Assembly: GCF_006345805.1 (NCBI RefSeq)
Contig: NC_043000.1
Location: 113,026,001-113,090,000 of the forward strand
DNA length: 64,000 bases
Direction: 5' to 3'
Source: Octopus sinensis
Taxonomy: Eukaryota
Made by a program: the position numbers and the translations under genes. This document shows positions 1 to 12,414 of the stretch, piece by piece. The notes under the pieces were generated by a model. That model was not told the DNA's origin. It made no database searches and was given only the letters and a program-made list of their open reading frames with translations. Position 1 is the stretch's first letter. Every line of letters begins with the position of its first letter.

Positions 1-273
1 CGTTTGTGAAGCGATGTTGGTGGGGACAAACACAGACACTCAAACACACACACACAAACACACCCCCACACACCCACACACACCCACATATATATATATA
101 TATACATATATACGACGGGCTTCTTTCAGATTCCCTCAACCAAATCCACTCACAAGGCTTTGGTCGTCCCGAGGCTATCGTAAAAGCCACATGCCCAAGG
201 TGCCACGCAGTGGACTGAACCCGGAACCATGTGGTTGATAAGCAAGCTACTTATCACACAGCCACTCCTACGC
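1..273 (-). mobile_element. tRNA-derived CORE-type SINE (family C), partial, with internal CA/TA microsatellite
   Basis: Reverse complement reads GCGTAGGAGTGGCTGTGTGATAAG...GGTTCAGTCC (A/B boxes), then GTGGCACCTTGGGCATGTG (CORE-like domain), matching the copies at 28889, 40646 and 55625. Confidence 0.85.
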
Positions 274-657
274 ATACCTCGTCACCGTAAGCTTGCCAAA
301 GCATGCTCAATGTCTCTGTAGAAGACTTCACAAGTCTCACGCAACATTTCACATTGTCACTTTGTTCCGACTTCCTATCCATGACAAAAATCGCCGACTG
401 CAGCATACACATGATCACAACAACCCAAATTTCACTGACAAAGTTAACACAGCGATATCACTCTACACACTGCCTGATTAAGGTCACTGCTAGCTCTCAC
501 TGCGTACACTACCGTCTGCTGCCCTCGGTTGGCGCGCTACAGGCCTAGTCCAAGAAGAATTTGATACCACCTCGCAGATCTACAAATATCACAGTATTTA
601 ACCAAGCTATGTCAAAGACTGATACAATTAAAGTCTTTTCTGTCACAAAGGTTTACC

Positions 658-770
658 TATTTCTTTACTACACACAAGGGGCTAAACACAGAGGGGACAA
701 ACAAGGACAGACAAACGGATTAAGTCGATTACATCGACCCCAATGCGTAACTGGTACTTATTTAATCGAC
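658..770 (-). mobile_element. 5'-truncated SINE family A fragment with 21-bp target site duplication
   Basis: Matches the 3' half of the family A unit. Flanked by TTTCTGTCACAAAGGTTTACC (637-657) and TTTCTGTCACAAAGATTTACC (771-791), one mismatch. Confidence 0.85.
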
Positions 771-1373
771 TTTCTGTCACAAAGATTTACCATTATCACT
801 ACTAATATCACCCGCACAATTTCCACAATCACCATTATTGCAATCATGCCCCCCCCACCTCGCGAATTACACCGTCAGCGCCTCCTGTACACCACATTCC
901 AACAACATCACAACCGACATTATGAACAATACCAACTTCTTTAATATTACTTCTATGCCGAATCCCCCCACCATCACCCACCAAATCCATTTCGCATTCC
1001 TTTTTCTGGAGACGAATTCGTGGAAGATGCAAATTTTTCCAGAATTATCATAGAAACTATTCCGTTAATTTCAATTCCGTTTGTGCAGACAGTAAGATAG
1101 CAAATATGGCGATAGTTCATCAGAATATGAATTTTTGTGGATTTCGTTCAGAATTCTGAATTTAATTACTTCAACCAATGAAGATATCAAGGAGGAAAGT
1201 AAAATGAAAAATGCAAAATGAAAGGAAAACGTACGATAACAACAACAGCAACAATACCGACGACAATACTGATGATGATGATGATGATGATGATGGAAAA
1301 GATAATGAAGATGATGATGGTGATTCTTATTTTTCCTTTTCTTTTTTGTTATTCTTGTAATACTATTAAATAG

Positions 1374-1376
<3 letters not shown>

Positions 1377-1438
<62 letters not shown>

Positions 1439-1441
1439 TTT

Positions 1442-1471
<30 letters not shown>
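1377..1471. repeat. (TTA)n switching directly to (AAT)n
   Basis: Direct reading: TTA tract 1377-1437, AAT tract 1445-1471. Confidence 0.95.
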
Positions 1472-1474
<3 letters not shown>

Positions 1475-1653
1475 ATAAATCATCGAAATATAGACAAGAA
1501 CGCTGTATATATACAGAAAATAATTACGATGATGATGAAATGGAGAGAAGGAGAGAGAGAAAGTGAGGGAGAGAACAGAGATAAAGCTATTTGGGGAGAT
1601 TTGGAAATGTCTACGCCAAGATGGAAATTATATAAATATTTCTATTCATATTC

Positions 1654-1695
<42 letters not shown>

Positions 1696-1838
1696 TTCTT
1701 TATATTGTCGTTGTTCTTCTTTCTACAATTTGCATAAACATTATGCATAGAAATATTTCATTGGTTTCTATTATAAGACAATACTTGTGCGTTCATTCTA
1801 GAACCCAACAGCAGAAGCAACAGCAACATGAGAAATAA

Positions 1839-2044
1839 TATTGGTTTCAAATTTTGGCACAAGGCCGGCAAATTCAGAGGAGAGGTGAATCGGTTGCATC
1901 TATCCCAATGCTCAACTAGTACTTATTTTATCGATCCCTAAAGTTTGGAAGGTAAAGCAGATAGCGACAGAATTTAAACTGAGAGCACAAATATGGACGA
2001 AATACTGCGAAACATTTAATCCGGCATGCTAACGATTCTGCTAA
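1839..2044 (-). mobile_element. Degenerate tRNA-derived SINE, family A body with tail B
   Basis: Reverse complement shows AGAATCGTTAGCATGCCGG head, GTACTAGTTGAGCATTGGGA body and GCCTTGTGCCAAAATTTGAAACC tail. Confidence 0.75.
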
Positions 2045-2099
2045 TGAGATAACTTGTCCAAAATAAGGAACAGTTTTTAGTGACATTTAGGAACGAGGA

Positions 2100-2468
2100 A
2101 AGGCGGCGAGCTGGTAGAAACGTTACGTCGACTTTGCATTTCATCCTTTCGGGGTCGATTAAATAAACACCAGTTACGCACTAGGATCGATATAATCGTC
2201 TCAATTCCTTTTGTTTGTCCTTGTTTGTCCCTTCTGTATGTAGCTCTTTGTGGGCTGTAAAGAAATAAAGAAACGTTAACACGCCGGCCGAAATGCCTAG
2301 CGGTATTTCGTCTCTCATTACGTTCTGAGTTCAAATTCCGCTGAGGGTAACTTTGCCTTTCATCCTTTCGGTGTCGATAAATTAGGTACTACTTGCGTAC
2401 TGGGGGTGATCTAATCGACTGGCCCCCTCTTCCCAAAAATTTCGGGCCTTGTGTCTAGACAAAAAGAA
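2100..2468 (+). mobile_element. SINE dimer (tail A unit joined to tail B unit)
   Basis: GGCGGCGAGCTGGTAGAAACG head and CCTTTCATCCTTTCGGGGTCGAT domain. Tail A ends AAAGAAATA at 2267, the sequence restarts at AAGAAACGTTAAC, and it ends in tail B. Confidence 0.85.
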
Positions 2469-2490
2469 AAAATTTAGGGTCATGTGAGTA

Positions 2491-3165
2491 TTGAGAGCAG
2501 AGAAAAAAGGGAAAACGAATGAAGAAATACAAAAAGGACATGAAGAAGACTCTAAAGGACCCCAAAGAAAGAGACCGAGGAAACTATACTGGCAACGCAA
2601 GACCAGTCTTTGGCCACGAACCTTGGGAATGAGCAAGTGTCTCCGATGTGTCACATCTGCAATAGAGTGGTTGAGTGTTTGCCCATATCACGAATGCATG
2701 CCCTACACTTGCACCAAAGCGCTACAAGTTGCGGTGACACGACCAGGTACCGGAAGCGCTTCACTGGAAACTGTGCGAAAAGTGGGACTAGAGAGAGGCA
2801 AAACATGGGATGAGCACAAACCGCAGAGAGTGGCGGAGTCGGAAACTAGCAAAATCCTCTGAGATTTCCCAATCCAAACAGATCAGATGCTAGTGCATAA
2901 CAGACCGAACCTAGTGATTGTCGACAAGATGCACAACATATGCTATATAGTTGATGTTGCGTGCCCCTTTGACCCACGAATAGTCAAGAAGGAAGGCGAG
3001 AAGATAGATAGATACAACCCTCTTCAGTACGAAATAGCCCGGCTATGGAAAATGTCGAAGGTGAATATAGTGCCAATTATTGCTGGGTCCTTGGGAACAG
3101 TATCAGAAGGAACAAGAGGCATATAAAGGAAAGTGGAATAGAACGCCCAGTAGAAGTGTTACAAA
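2491..3165 (+). pseudogene. 3' fragment of an RLE-type (R4-like) non-LTR retrotransposon: CCHC knuckle plus restriction-like endonuclease, with stops and frameshifts
   Basis: Manual translation: CHIC (knuckle), HDQVPEALHWKLCEKW, KIL*DFPIQTDQMLVHNRPNLVIVDK, CYIVDVACPFD, EKIDRYNPL, IVPIIAGSLG (PD..D..K type motifs). Confidence 0.85.
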
Positions 3166-3521
3166 AGGAGACAGTCAGTGCCTAGCACTGCATCAGGGCG
3201 TTTAATATTGTTGCGCTGAATGACGAAATCATTCTGCACGCATTCGTCCAGTGTCCGTGCATTACGTACTTGTGTTTAATAGCTGTTATCACGTGTAGGA
3301 CGGATCCGGCTATCGGCCGAGTCGATCCGCCGTCTTCGATTGGTCTGGAAGGGCAGGCAATTTCCTGTGTCTGATAGAAGTTGCGAAATAGGTTGTAAGG
3401 TGGACCAGGTTGAAAGGACTAAAGACTGACACTTTTCTCTTGGGCCAATCCCTCATCAACTTTTTCAAATTCCACTTGGAGAGGAAGATGAGGGTGGAGA
3501 GAGAAGTGCTACCCCACATTG

Positions 3522-3603
3522 CCTCCTCCTCCTCTTCTTCTTCTTCTTCTTCTTCTTCTTCTTCTTCTTCTTCTTCTTCTTCTTCTTCTTCTTCTTCTTC
3601 TCC
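3522..3603. repeat. (TCC)/(TTC)n microsatellite
   Basis: Direct reading. Confidence 0.95.
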
Positions 3604-3867
3604 TTATTCTTCTTGCTGCTGTTGGTGTTGTTGTTACGAGTGACTGAATTAGTATTAACACCATAAGGCAGTCATTATATCCAACGCATCTCGTCTGCCA
3701 ACGATATAGATACGAATGCCTTTATGCACCATGAGCCCACCAACACTAGCTGCAAACGAGAGGCCCTCTCAAAATAAAAAAAGGCGACATTTGGTGATTT
3801 AGGAGATAAAGATTGCCATTTACTACCATTGTTATACTACGGGTATTTATATATTTAGTAGTCTAAG

Positions 3868-4012
<145 letters not shown>

Positions 4013-4280
4013 GATTTTGTGATACTTTTTAGCAGTAGTCTACATTCATAATTATAACTGAAGTATCTTCGTGCGATGTTTTGGTACTTCATTAAATTCA
4101 TTTTAGTACAGTTTTGAAAATTGTAATTTATTCAATTTTTATTTAATTTTCTCAATTTGTTCCCTAAACACACATGCCGGCTATTAATTATACACAGCGT
4201 ACTTTGGAACGAAAGCAAATACAGAGTTTTGGGAGAATTGTAACAAAAAAATACATCACTCAAGGAAACAGTGATTAAAG

Positions 4281-4640
4281 GTAGAAGAGGAGGAGGCTGA
4301 GAAGGAGGAGGAGGTGAAGATGAAAAAGAAAAACAAGACAAGAAGGAGAAAAGGAAGAAGAGAAGAAAAGAATAAGAAAAAGAAAATAAGTAAAGGAAGA
4401 AGTAGAGATATTGAAGTAGTGAAGAAGAAGGAGAAAAGGAAGAAGAAAAGGAAGAAGGAGAAGAAAAGAATAAGAAAAAGAAAATAAGAAAAGGAAGAAG
4501 TAGAGAATTGAAGTAGTGAAGAAGGAGAAGTAGTAGTAGTAGAAGAAAAAGAAAGAGACGAAGAAGAAGAAGAAGAAGAAGAAGAAGAAGAAGAAGACGA
4601 AGAAGAAGGAGAAGTAGAAGAAGAAGAAGAAGCCGTACAA
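4281..4640. repeat. Polypurine GAA-rich tract with an internal ~98-bp duplication
   Basis: The block AGAAGAAAAGAATAAGAAAAAGAAAATAAG...GTAGAGA(T)ATTGAAGTAGTGAAGAA occurs at about 4360-4425 and 4458-4522. Confidence 0.85.
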
Positions 4641-5076
4641 AGAATTATGGAATTGGTCGTGGTAGGCAAGGAATAGGAAGTCGGCGTGAAGAACGGGAAC
4701 AGCTCCCAGAGAAAAGATTATTGCTATCGACGGTGGTTGTGATAACGTTGCTGAAGATGGAGCTGATGATGGTAATGCTACTGTTGCTGCTGCTGCTGCT
4801 GATGATGATGATAGTGATGGTGACCAGGAAAGTGGTGGACGACTGTTAATGACGAAGAATAATTACAGAAATTTTTTCTAATGATGATAATATAACAAAT
4901 TAAAGTTAACAAAATTAATAATAATAATTATTATACTGCTTCCTCTAAAATAGAAATAATTATTATTAATATTATGCTCCTCCCTCTACAATAATAATTA
5001 GAATAATAATAATGATAATACTAATAATCATAATTATCATTATTATGTTATCATCGTACTTAATTCTTCTTTTTCT

Positions 5077-5078
5077 TG

Positions 5079-5113
<35 letters not shown>

Positions 5114-5154
5114 TAATAATGATAATAATAATAATAATAATAATGATAATAATG

Positions 5155-5185
<31 letters not shown>

Positions 5186-5202
5186 TAATAATAATACTAA
5201 TA

Positions 5203-5258
<56 letters not shown>
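5077..5258. repeat. (AAT/GAT)n switching to (TTA)n
   Basis: Direct reading; orientation flips near 5200. Confidence 0.9.
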
Positions 5259-5262
<4 letters not shown>

Positions 5263-5263
5263 T

Positions 5264-5485
5264 AAGGCAGCGAGCGGGCAGACTCGTTAGCACGCCGTTC
5301 AAAATGTTCAGTAGCATTTCGTCCGTCTCTACGTTATGTTCAAATTTCGCCAAAGTCGACTTTGCTTTTCGCACTATCGCGGTCGTTAAAATAAGCGCCA
5401 GTTGGAGATTGGCGTCGAAATAATTGACTTAACTGCTTCCATCGAAATTTGTTGGCCTTGTGCCAAAAAGTGAAACAATTATTAA

Positions 5486-5488
<3 letters not shown>
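5264..5488 (+). mobile_element. tRNA-derived SINE with tail B, running into an (ATT)n tail
   Basis: AAGGCAGCGAGC head, GTTCAAATTTC B box, GTCGACTTTGC domain and GCCTTGTGCCAAAA tail, followed by (TTA)n 5489-5550. Confidence 0.8.
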
Positions 5489-5550
<62 letters not shown>

Positions 5551-5551
<1 letters not shown>

Positions 5552-6065
5552 TCGGTGAGAGAGCAGTGCGTGCCATTAAAGTGACACTGGGGTAGAATAC
5601 ACGAAGCCCAGTATACCCATCGTGACTGCCCGTCTGATAACGGTACACCAGGCACATGTATCACAACCAAATGCACGCGACAAGGTGATCTCATATCAAC
5701 ACGAACAGCGCGAGAGCTTGGAGGTCGAGTAAACGATGCCTCTCTAAATTTCCCTGAATAAAATTTGTTTAAGGATGTTGAACGAAACACCCATGTTTCC
5801 AGCGGTGTATTATTCAAACCCCAAAGAATTCCTCTAAGCACATGGCTATGATGCTCCCTCATCATTTCTACTCCTGATGAGAGAAGCAAACACCGTCAGC
5901 CACCAAGGGAGATGATCATCTGGTTAAGGTCAGACAACTGACAAGGAAATCTGTGGTATTGAGCAGAACATTTGCTGTGGCCCATATTTTATACCTTATA
6001 CCAAGACGAAACATGATTTCCATCAGTTAAAATCAGAAGCCATGAGAGCCAGTCTTCTATTGCAT
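5551..6065 (-). mobile_element. ~515-bp non-coding element bounded on both sides by (TAA)n tracts
   Basis: Complex sequence sandwiched between TTA tracts 5489-5550 and 6066-6091. No recognisable protein motif. Strand assumed from the TAA tail convention. Confidence 0.55.
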
Positions 6066-6091
6066 TTATTATTATTATTATTATTATTATT

Positions 6092-9000
6092 CAGTAGTTT
6101 TATTTTTATAGCGTGCTTTCACTTCACTACCGAGCGCAGCTCTGTGTGCCTTGGGTATGTGCTGTGATTTGTTGTGATGCTCTGATGGTTATTGTATGGA
6201 AAGTGTTCTGCGTAGGATGTGTGCAGTGCCTAGTAGTGCAATTTTCTGTATGTTATATGTGTTTGTAAGTCCTGGTGTTTTTGTTATGTATTTGTCTGAA
6301 TATTTTTTTATCATGCCTAATGCACCTACTATGATAGGAATTGTTTCTGTTTTCAGGTTCCACATTCTAGTTACCTCTATTTCCAGGTCTTTGTATTTTG
6401 AGAGTTTCTCCATTTCTTTTAGAGAAACGTTGTCATCTGCCGGTATTGATACATCAATTAGAAAGCATTTTTTTCTTCATGATCTCTGACAACTATATCT
6501 GGTCTGTTGGCCTTAATTTCTCTATCTGCGTGTATCGGCATATCCCAGAGTATGGTTGCTTTCTCGTTTTCTGTGACCTTTTCTGGTGTGTGCCTATACC
6601 ATCTTTTTTCTGTTGTTATTCCATAATGTTGGCATAGCTTCCAATGTATGTAGGTTCCAACTCTGTCATGTCTGTGAATATATTCCTTCTTAGCCAGGAC
6701 TGGGCAGCTAGAGATAATATGATTTATTGTTCCTTGTCCATCTCCACATATTCTGCAGTTACTTGTAATATTTCTTTTCATTACATGTTTTTGGTAATTT
6801 TTGGTGGGAAGGCTTTGGTCTTGTGCAGCAATTAAAAATCCCTGTGTCTCTGCTTTGAGTCCTGAGCTTCTCAACCATTGCTGGGATTTTTCTTTGTCTA
6901 TTTCTTTTGCGTTTAGTTTAGTGCAGTATTTACCATGAAGGGGCTTTTCTTGCCATCGTTTTATCATGGCTCGTTGCTGTTCTATTTTTAGTTTGGATTT
7001 CATTTGTTTTATAGCTTTTGTTGTTTCTTCATCATCTTCTTCTTCTTCTTTGTGTTTATTAGGTGGTATGATTTCTTGTTTGTATTTGTCAGCTTCCTTA
7101 AATACTGAGAACAGTTTTTTGGTTTTGCTCGTGTTTTGCTGCTATCTGGATCAGTTTTCCTTCCTTCTGAAGTAGGTATTTTTGCAGTCCTATGGTGGTT
7201 ATTTTATAGTAGTTTTCCAGCTGTATAAGGCCTCTACCACCTTCTATACGTTGTATATATAGTCTTTCTATGTCAGATTTTGGGTGATGCATCCTAGATC
7301 CTGTCAGTATTTTTCTTGTTTTCCTATCTATTTTGGACAGTTCATTTCGTGTCCAGTTAAGGATATTGTAGCTGTAACTTATAACTGGGACAGCTAAAGT
7401 GTTGATACCTATTATCTTGTTTTTAGCATTGAGCTCTGTTTTTAGTATTGATCTAACTCGTCTATAATATTCTTTTTTTATTTTCTCTTTCATTTGTGTG
7501 TGTTGTGTCTTATCTAGTTCATGGATCCTAAGTATTTGTAAGTTTGGCTTTGGTCTAATTCTTTTATTTCATTGGTTTTATCTAGTGTGATGTTGTTACT
7601 CTTAACTAGTTTTCCTCTTTTCATGGTTACTTTGGCGCATTTTTCTAATCCAATTTCATATCTATTTCTTTGGTAAATCCATGAACTGTCTTTAATAGTG
7701 TTTCCAGCTGTTTGTCATTTGCAGCGTATAGTTTTAGGTCATCCATATATAAAAGGTGGCTGATCGTTTTGCCGTAACATTTATATCCGCATCCAGTTCT
7801 ATTTAGCATATCAGATAGAGGTGACAGTGCCAAGCAGAAAAGGAGTGGAGAGAGCGTGTCTCCCTGGAATATTCCTCTTCTAATGGGGATGTCTTTGGTT
7901 TTCATGAGTCCCTCTTTTGTTTGGAGGTGTAGGACTGTTTGCCATTTATTCATAGAGTGCTCTATGAATTTTATGATTGTTGGTGCTACTTTGTTAATGG
8001 CTAGTGTTTCGAGGATCCATGTGTGGGGGATGCTATCAACGCCTTTTTGTAGTCAATCCAGGCCATACTGAGGCCTTTCTTTTCTTCTGTGGCTGTCTTC
8101 AGTTACGGCTTTATTAATCATTAGTTGATCTTTACAGCCATATGAGCCCTGCGGCATCGTTTCTGCTCTTCTGCGAACAGTTTGTTTTCGTCCAGGTGCT
8201 TGTTCAGCCTTTGCGATATCACTGCAGTAAATGCCTTGAACATAGTAGGGAGGCAGGTTATTGGTCTGTAGTTTTCTGTTTTGTTGTTTCATTTGATTTT
8301 GGAATTAAGATGGTTTTCCCCTTCGTGAGCCATTCAGGCATTGTCTCTGGCTCTGCTAGTATGCTGTTAAAGTTTTCAGTCAGCTTTTTGTGCATTCCTG
8401 TTAGATATTTCAACCAGAAGTTGGGGATCTTGTCATGCCCAGGTGCCTTCCAGTTGCTTAGTTTTTGCAGTGCCTGGGTGACCTCTCTTCAGTTGTTATG
8501 GAGGTCCAAAGTTGTTCAGATGCCGAGTTTGTTATTTTCATACTCCTTTTTTTGGCTGTTCGTTCGCCGACCATATTTCTCTCCAGAATTCTTCCAATTC
8601 TTCTGCCGTTGGTGCTGCAGTGACTTCTATTTTATTTTTGCCCAGTTCTTGGTAGAACTTTTGGAGGTCGGAGTTGAACTTTTTGTTCTGTTCAAAGAAG
8701 CGTTGGCGGTTCTCGTACCGGCGGATCCTTTGAGCTTTGGCAAGGATATCTTGCTTCAGCTTTTCTTTATCTCGGCAAATCTTTTTCTGTGATGTTATAT
8801 TTGCGGAGCATTTTTGTTCTCTTTTGTTGCTCAGTAGCGTTGCTTGTTTGCTGATTTCATTAAGAATCGACAGGTCTTTTCTAATTTTTTTATTTTGTTT
8901 TGGATGTTTTTTATCCACAGGGTTTGTTTGGGTGGTGGTATTCCTTTTGGGCGGGTTTGGGTGAGCATCCAGCTTCTTTTGTGGCTGCAGTGGCTGCTGC

Positions 9001-10042
9001 GTATATCAAGTCATTTAGTTCAGTGATATCACTTTTTTTTGTTTCAGTGGCTAGTTCAGTGACGGCTAGGTTTATGTTGTTTATAATTGGTGTTGTTATT
9101 GCGTTTATTTTTTTATTCTTGGGAGGTATGGTCGGTGGTCCATTTGGGCTCTGTGGTTTTCAGTTCTTTGATTATTTTATTTTTTATATTATCATAATCA
9201 TTAGGCTCCCCTTCGTTGTTTACATCGTGTTTGTTGGGAATGTTGCGTTTGTCTTCGTGTTTTACAGTTTCAGTGTTTATATTATTGGGCATTGTTGTGT
9301 GGCTTCTATCTACATTTTTCTGGTGTATTTTTTCTTTTAAATGTTCTATTTCTATTCCTGATATTTTTTTTGGCTTTGAGAATGTATCTTCGTACGTTAG
9401 CTAATTTTTTAGGGTTCATTGCTGTATCCAAGTCTATATCTCTATTATTTTCCTTCCATATTTTATATGTATGTGTTGTTGTATTTTCATTTTATGGGTA
9501 GAGCATTGCTGTGAAGTATGCGTGTAAGATAGAAATGTATTCCTCACGTGTCCATTTACGTCTTTTGGGTTTTAATTGCGGGACATGAGGTACAACGTCC
9601 GGCCCATTATTTTGACGGTCGTCATTTTCGTAGGTACCGGTCCGTTTTATCTGTTGTCACATTATTTCGCACATGTAGTTTTTCGTACATTTTTTGTTGT
9701 AGGTTTAATGTACGTACCGCTCGATTGTTATTCTTGGGTTGAATAGTATCGGTGGCATTTAATTTCTTCGTAGTTCCTTTGTACATGGTGTTTGAGGTCG
9801 GGGATGATCGTGTTGTTCCACGCATGTTTACATGTGTTGTGTTAGAGGGGGAGATAATATCGAGTCAAAATACATCATTTCGTTTCGAAAATAGTAATAA
9901 ATTCAATTAGTATTACTTACTCGGATATAGTCCAATTCTTTGTTAGTAAATCTTTGGCTCCATAGGGTGTCCTTGTTTTCGATGTTTGTGGATAGATTTC
10001 GGAGCTCTGTATTTTCCTTCTTACATCTTAAACGTCCCCTTA

Positions 10043-10044
<2 letters not shown>
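6092..10044 (-). mobile_element. Full-length R4/Dong-clade non-LTR retrotransposon inserted in (TAA)n
   Basis: Single-ORF architecture (Myb-like domain, RT, CCHC knuckle, RLE), a ~100-nt 3' UTR ending in (TAA)n at 6066-6091, and a (TAA)n tract upstream at 10045-10083. Confidence 0.92.
6189..9825 (-). pseudogene. Disrupted R4/Dong polyprotein (Myb-like, reverse transcriptase, zinc knuckle, RLE endonuclease)
   Basis: KRRKWTREEYISILHAYF (Myb-like, ~9500-9570), GCKDQLMINKAV, RRGIFQGDTLSPLLFCLAL and HLLYMDDLKLY (RT), CRICGDGQGTINHIISSC (CCHC), RHDRVGTYIHWKLC, ANRPDIVV, EKLSKYKDL, IPIIVGALG (RLE). Split over at least 7 ORF fragments by frameshifts and stops. Confidence 0.93.
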
Positions 10045-10084
<40 letters not shown>

Positions 10085-10165
10085 CATTGCGTGCTAAAGA
10101 TTCTGCTAACAATGCGTGCTAACGATCCTACCAGCTTGCCGCCCTACATATGGATAAATATATGA

Positions 10166-10262
10166 ATGTGTATGTATGTATGTAATGTATGTATGTATGT
10201 ATGTATGTATGTATGTATGTATGTATGTATGTATGTATGTGTGTATGTATGTATGTATGAAT
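10166..10262. repeat. (ATGT)n tetranucleotide microsatellite
   Basis: Direct reading. Confidence 0.9.
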
Positions 10263-10763
10263 GGATGGGTGTGTGTTGGTGTATGTTTAATGCCAAAAGG
10301 AACTGAATGCTGTTCATAATAAATTCTTAATTTATTTCAATATCTGCAGCAAGATAGACAAGAAGGATAACAAAAATCTGAAGAAATTTTCTTGACACAT
10401 TCTTATAGAAGCGGATAGGATCTTAAGCAAGCAAGTAATTTGCGGCTGAAGGTCAGAAAAAAAGGAGATTCCGGTCTTTGCTTTGAAGATGAAGAAAGCC
10501 ATGCAGATGTTTCTGTATCATTAACATAGCGTTATTCCTGTTTTGCCCCCAGGCCTAGATTACTGAGAGGATGAGTTATCAAATGAATTCTAGCAACAAT
10601 TAATCTGCTCTTTCGGATATATCTATTAATATTTTCTCTAATGTAGTTGCAGATATCCCTAGATATCTGTGAACACGGTCTCAAAGCGACGAAAGTATTT
10701 CAATCGTTTTCGTTCCAGCACACGATCTCAAATCAGGTGACTTGCTATGTAAGTACACCTCCG

Positions 10764-10802
<39 letters not shown>

Positions 10803-10943
10803 AACATAACATTCGCATTTATATATATGAGTATGTGTTTGTGTGATTGTGTGTATTTTGTGATGTGCATATGTATATATATATGACTGTATATGTATAT
10901 ATATGTACAGATATGTATATATGTATAAGTATATATATATGTT

Positions 10944-10989
<46 letters not shown>

Positions 10990-10993
<4 letters not shown>

Positions 10994-11380
10994 TTTAAGT
11001 AGACAAATGAATTATCTTATTACGGATAATTCGAAAGATAACCGATACCTAGGTAGCAAACTCACAACAGAAAAGGCACGGTTGAAGTTACAACCATAGG
11101 GCATAAACTCCGTGCCTTAGTGCGGAAATTTGAAGTTTAATATATTAAGTATAGGAAAGAATGGAGCTGAACGAAGATTTAACAAAATTCCTTATTTTAT
11201 TTTCGACATATGTTTCGAGTCTGCAAAGTCCCTAATCCGAATGAATAAGGAGTCCATTATGCAGCTTTCTCTTCAGGAAAATCCAGGAACTTAATTCTCC
11301 AACAAAATGCACACCAAGTTTTTCGACGACTGCTCACGAGGTGCCCATAGAGATAATGATCTTCTTACCTATACTTAATA

Positions 11381-11386
<6 letters not shown>
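10990..11386 (-). mobile_element. Small (TA)n-embedded element carrying a hammerhead motif, probably a Penelope-like terminal (pseudo-LTR) piece
   Basis: Complex ~400-bp island between TA arrays. It contains the hammerhead below and a 22-bp inverted repeat (11139-11160 vs 11363-11384, 21/22 match). The Penelope assignment is inferred from the known association of minimal hammerheads with PLEs. Confidence 0.55.
11199..11283 (-). ncRNA. Candidate minimal type I hammerhead ribozyme
   Basis: Minus strand reads AUUUUC-CUGAAGA-G...(CUGCA/UGCAG helix)...C-GAAA-C-AUAU-GUC-GAAAAU. All core nucleotides are present, stem I is 6 bp, and stem III is short with a palindromic loop. Predicted cleavage between 11205 and 11204. 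Confidence 0.7.
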
Positions 11387-11415
<29 letters not shown>

Positions 11416-11441
11416 TATATATATATACATATATATATGTA

Positions 11442-11483
<42 letters not shown>

Positions 11484-11518
11484 TATATGGATGAATATAT
11501 ATATTATATATATAATAT

Positions 11519-11551
<33 letters not shown>

Positions 11552-11622
11552 ATATAATATTATATATATATAATATATATTATATATATTATATATATAT
11601 ATATATAATATATATATAAAAT

Positions 11623-11672
<50 letters not shown>

Positions 11673-11721
11673 TATTATATATATATAAAATATATATATT
11701 ATATATATATATATATTATAT

Positions 11722-11752
<31 letters not shown>

Positions 11753-11851
11753 ATATAATATATATATATATATAAAATATATATAAAATATATATATATA
11801 TATATATAAAATATATATATATTCATACATAATATATGTATATATATATAC
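11385..11851. repeat. Long interrupted (TA)n array
   Basis: Direct reading. Confidence 0.95.
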
Positions 11852-12414
11852 AGAACGCAGCATATTCAGAGCTAAGATAAACTGTGTCACAGGAAATGAC
11901 TCAAAAGTGACGCGGGTCAGTGACACAGAAAGGAAATATTCATCAAACACACAATTTTTTCTGTGTTTTTTTTTTATATATAATCAGTCCCCGAAAATAT
12001 GAGGTAGTCATGGTTGGAATATCCAGAACCATACGTCTGCTTAATAAGGGCTGATCCGCAATTGAAGAACAACTACAAAAACAAGTCATTATGTTTACAT
12101 AAAAATACTTCAAAAGCTTCAGATAATTTCGCTATCAGCTTCATCGTTTCGATTTAAATAGATTTCGTGATTTACGTAAAATATTTGACAAGTCTCTTAT
12201 CGAAATTTCATTTCAATTCGCTCTAATGCTTTGAAGTATTTTCAAATAATTTCTGCAACACCAATGTGATTTTTTAATGACAAATTTATTGCAGGTTTAT
12301 CGACGTATACTTAGAATAGCATGGCCATATTTTGTAATAAACAGTAGAGATAGAATATCTGGAGTTGCACAACTCAGCCGTAACTTATCATCAGATTAAT
12401 GGATGCGTGCATAT

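Noticed and set aside
1013-1091. Possible short exon ending at a GTAAGA donor
   Set aside because: Weak acceptor, unrecognisable peptide and no supporting exons.
5866-5900. CTGATGA...AAAC...GTC hammerhead-like string in the TAA-flanked element
   Set aside because: No GAAA, no stem II and no stem I complementarity.
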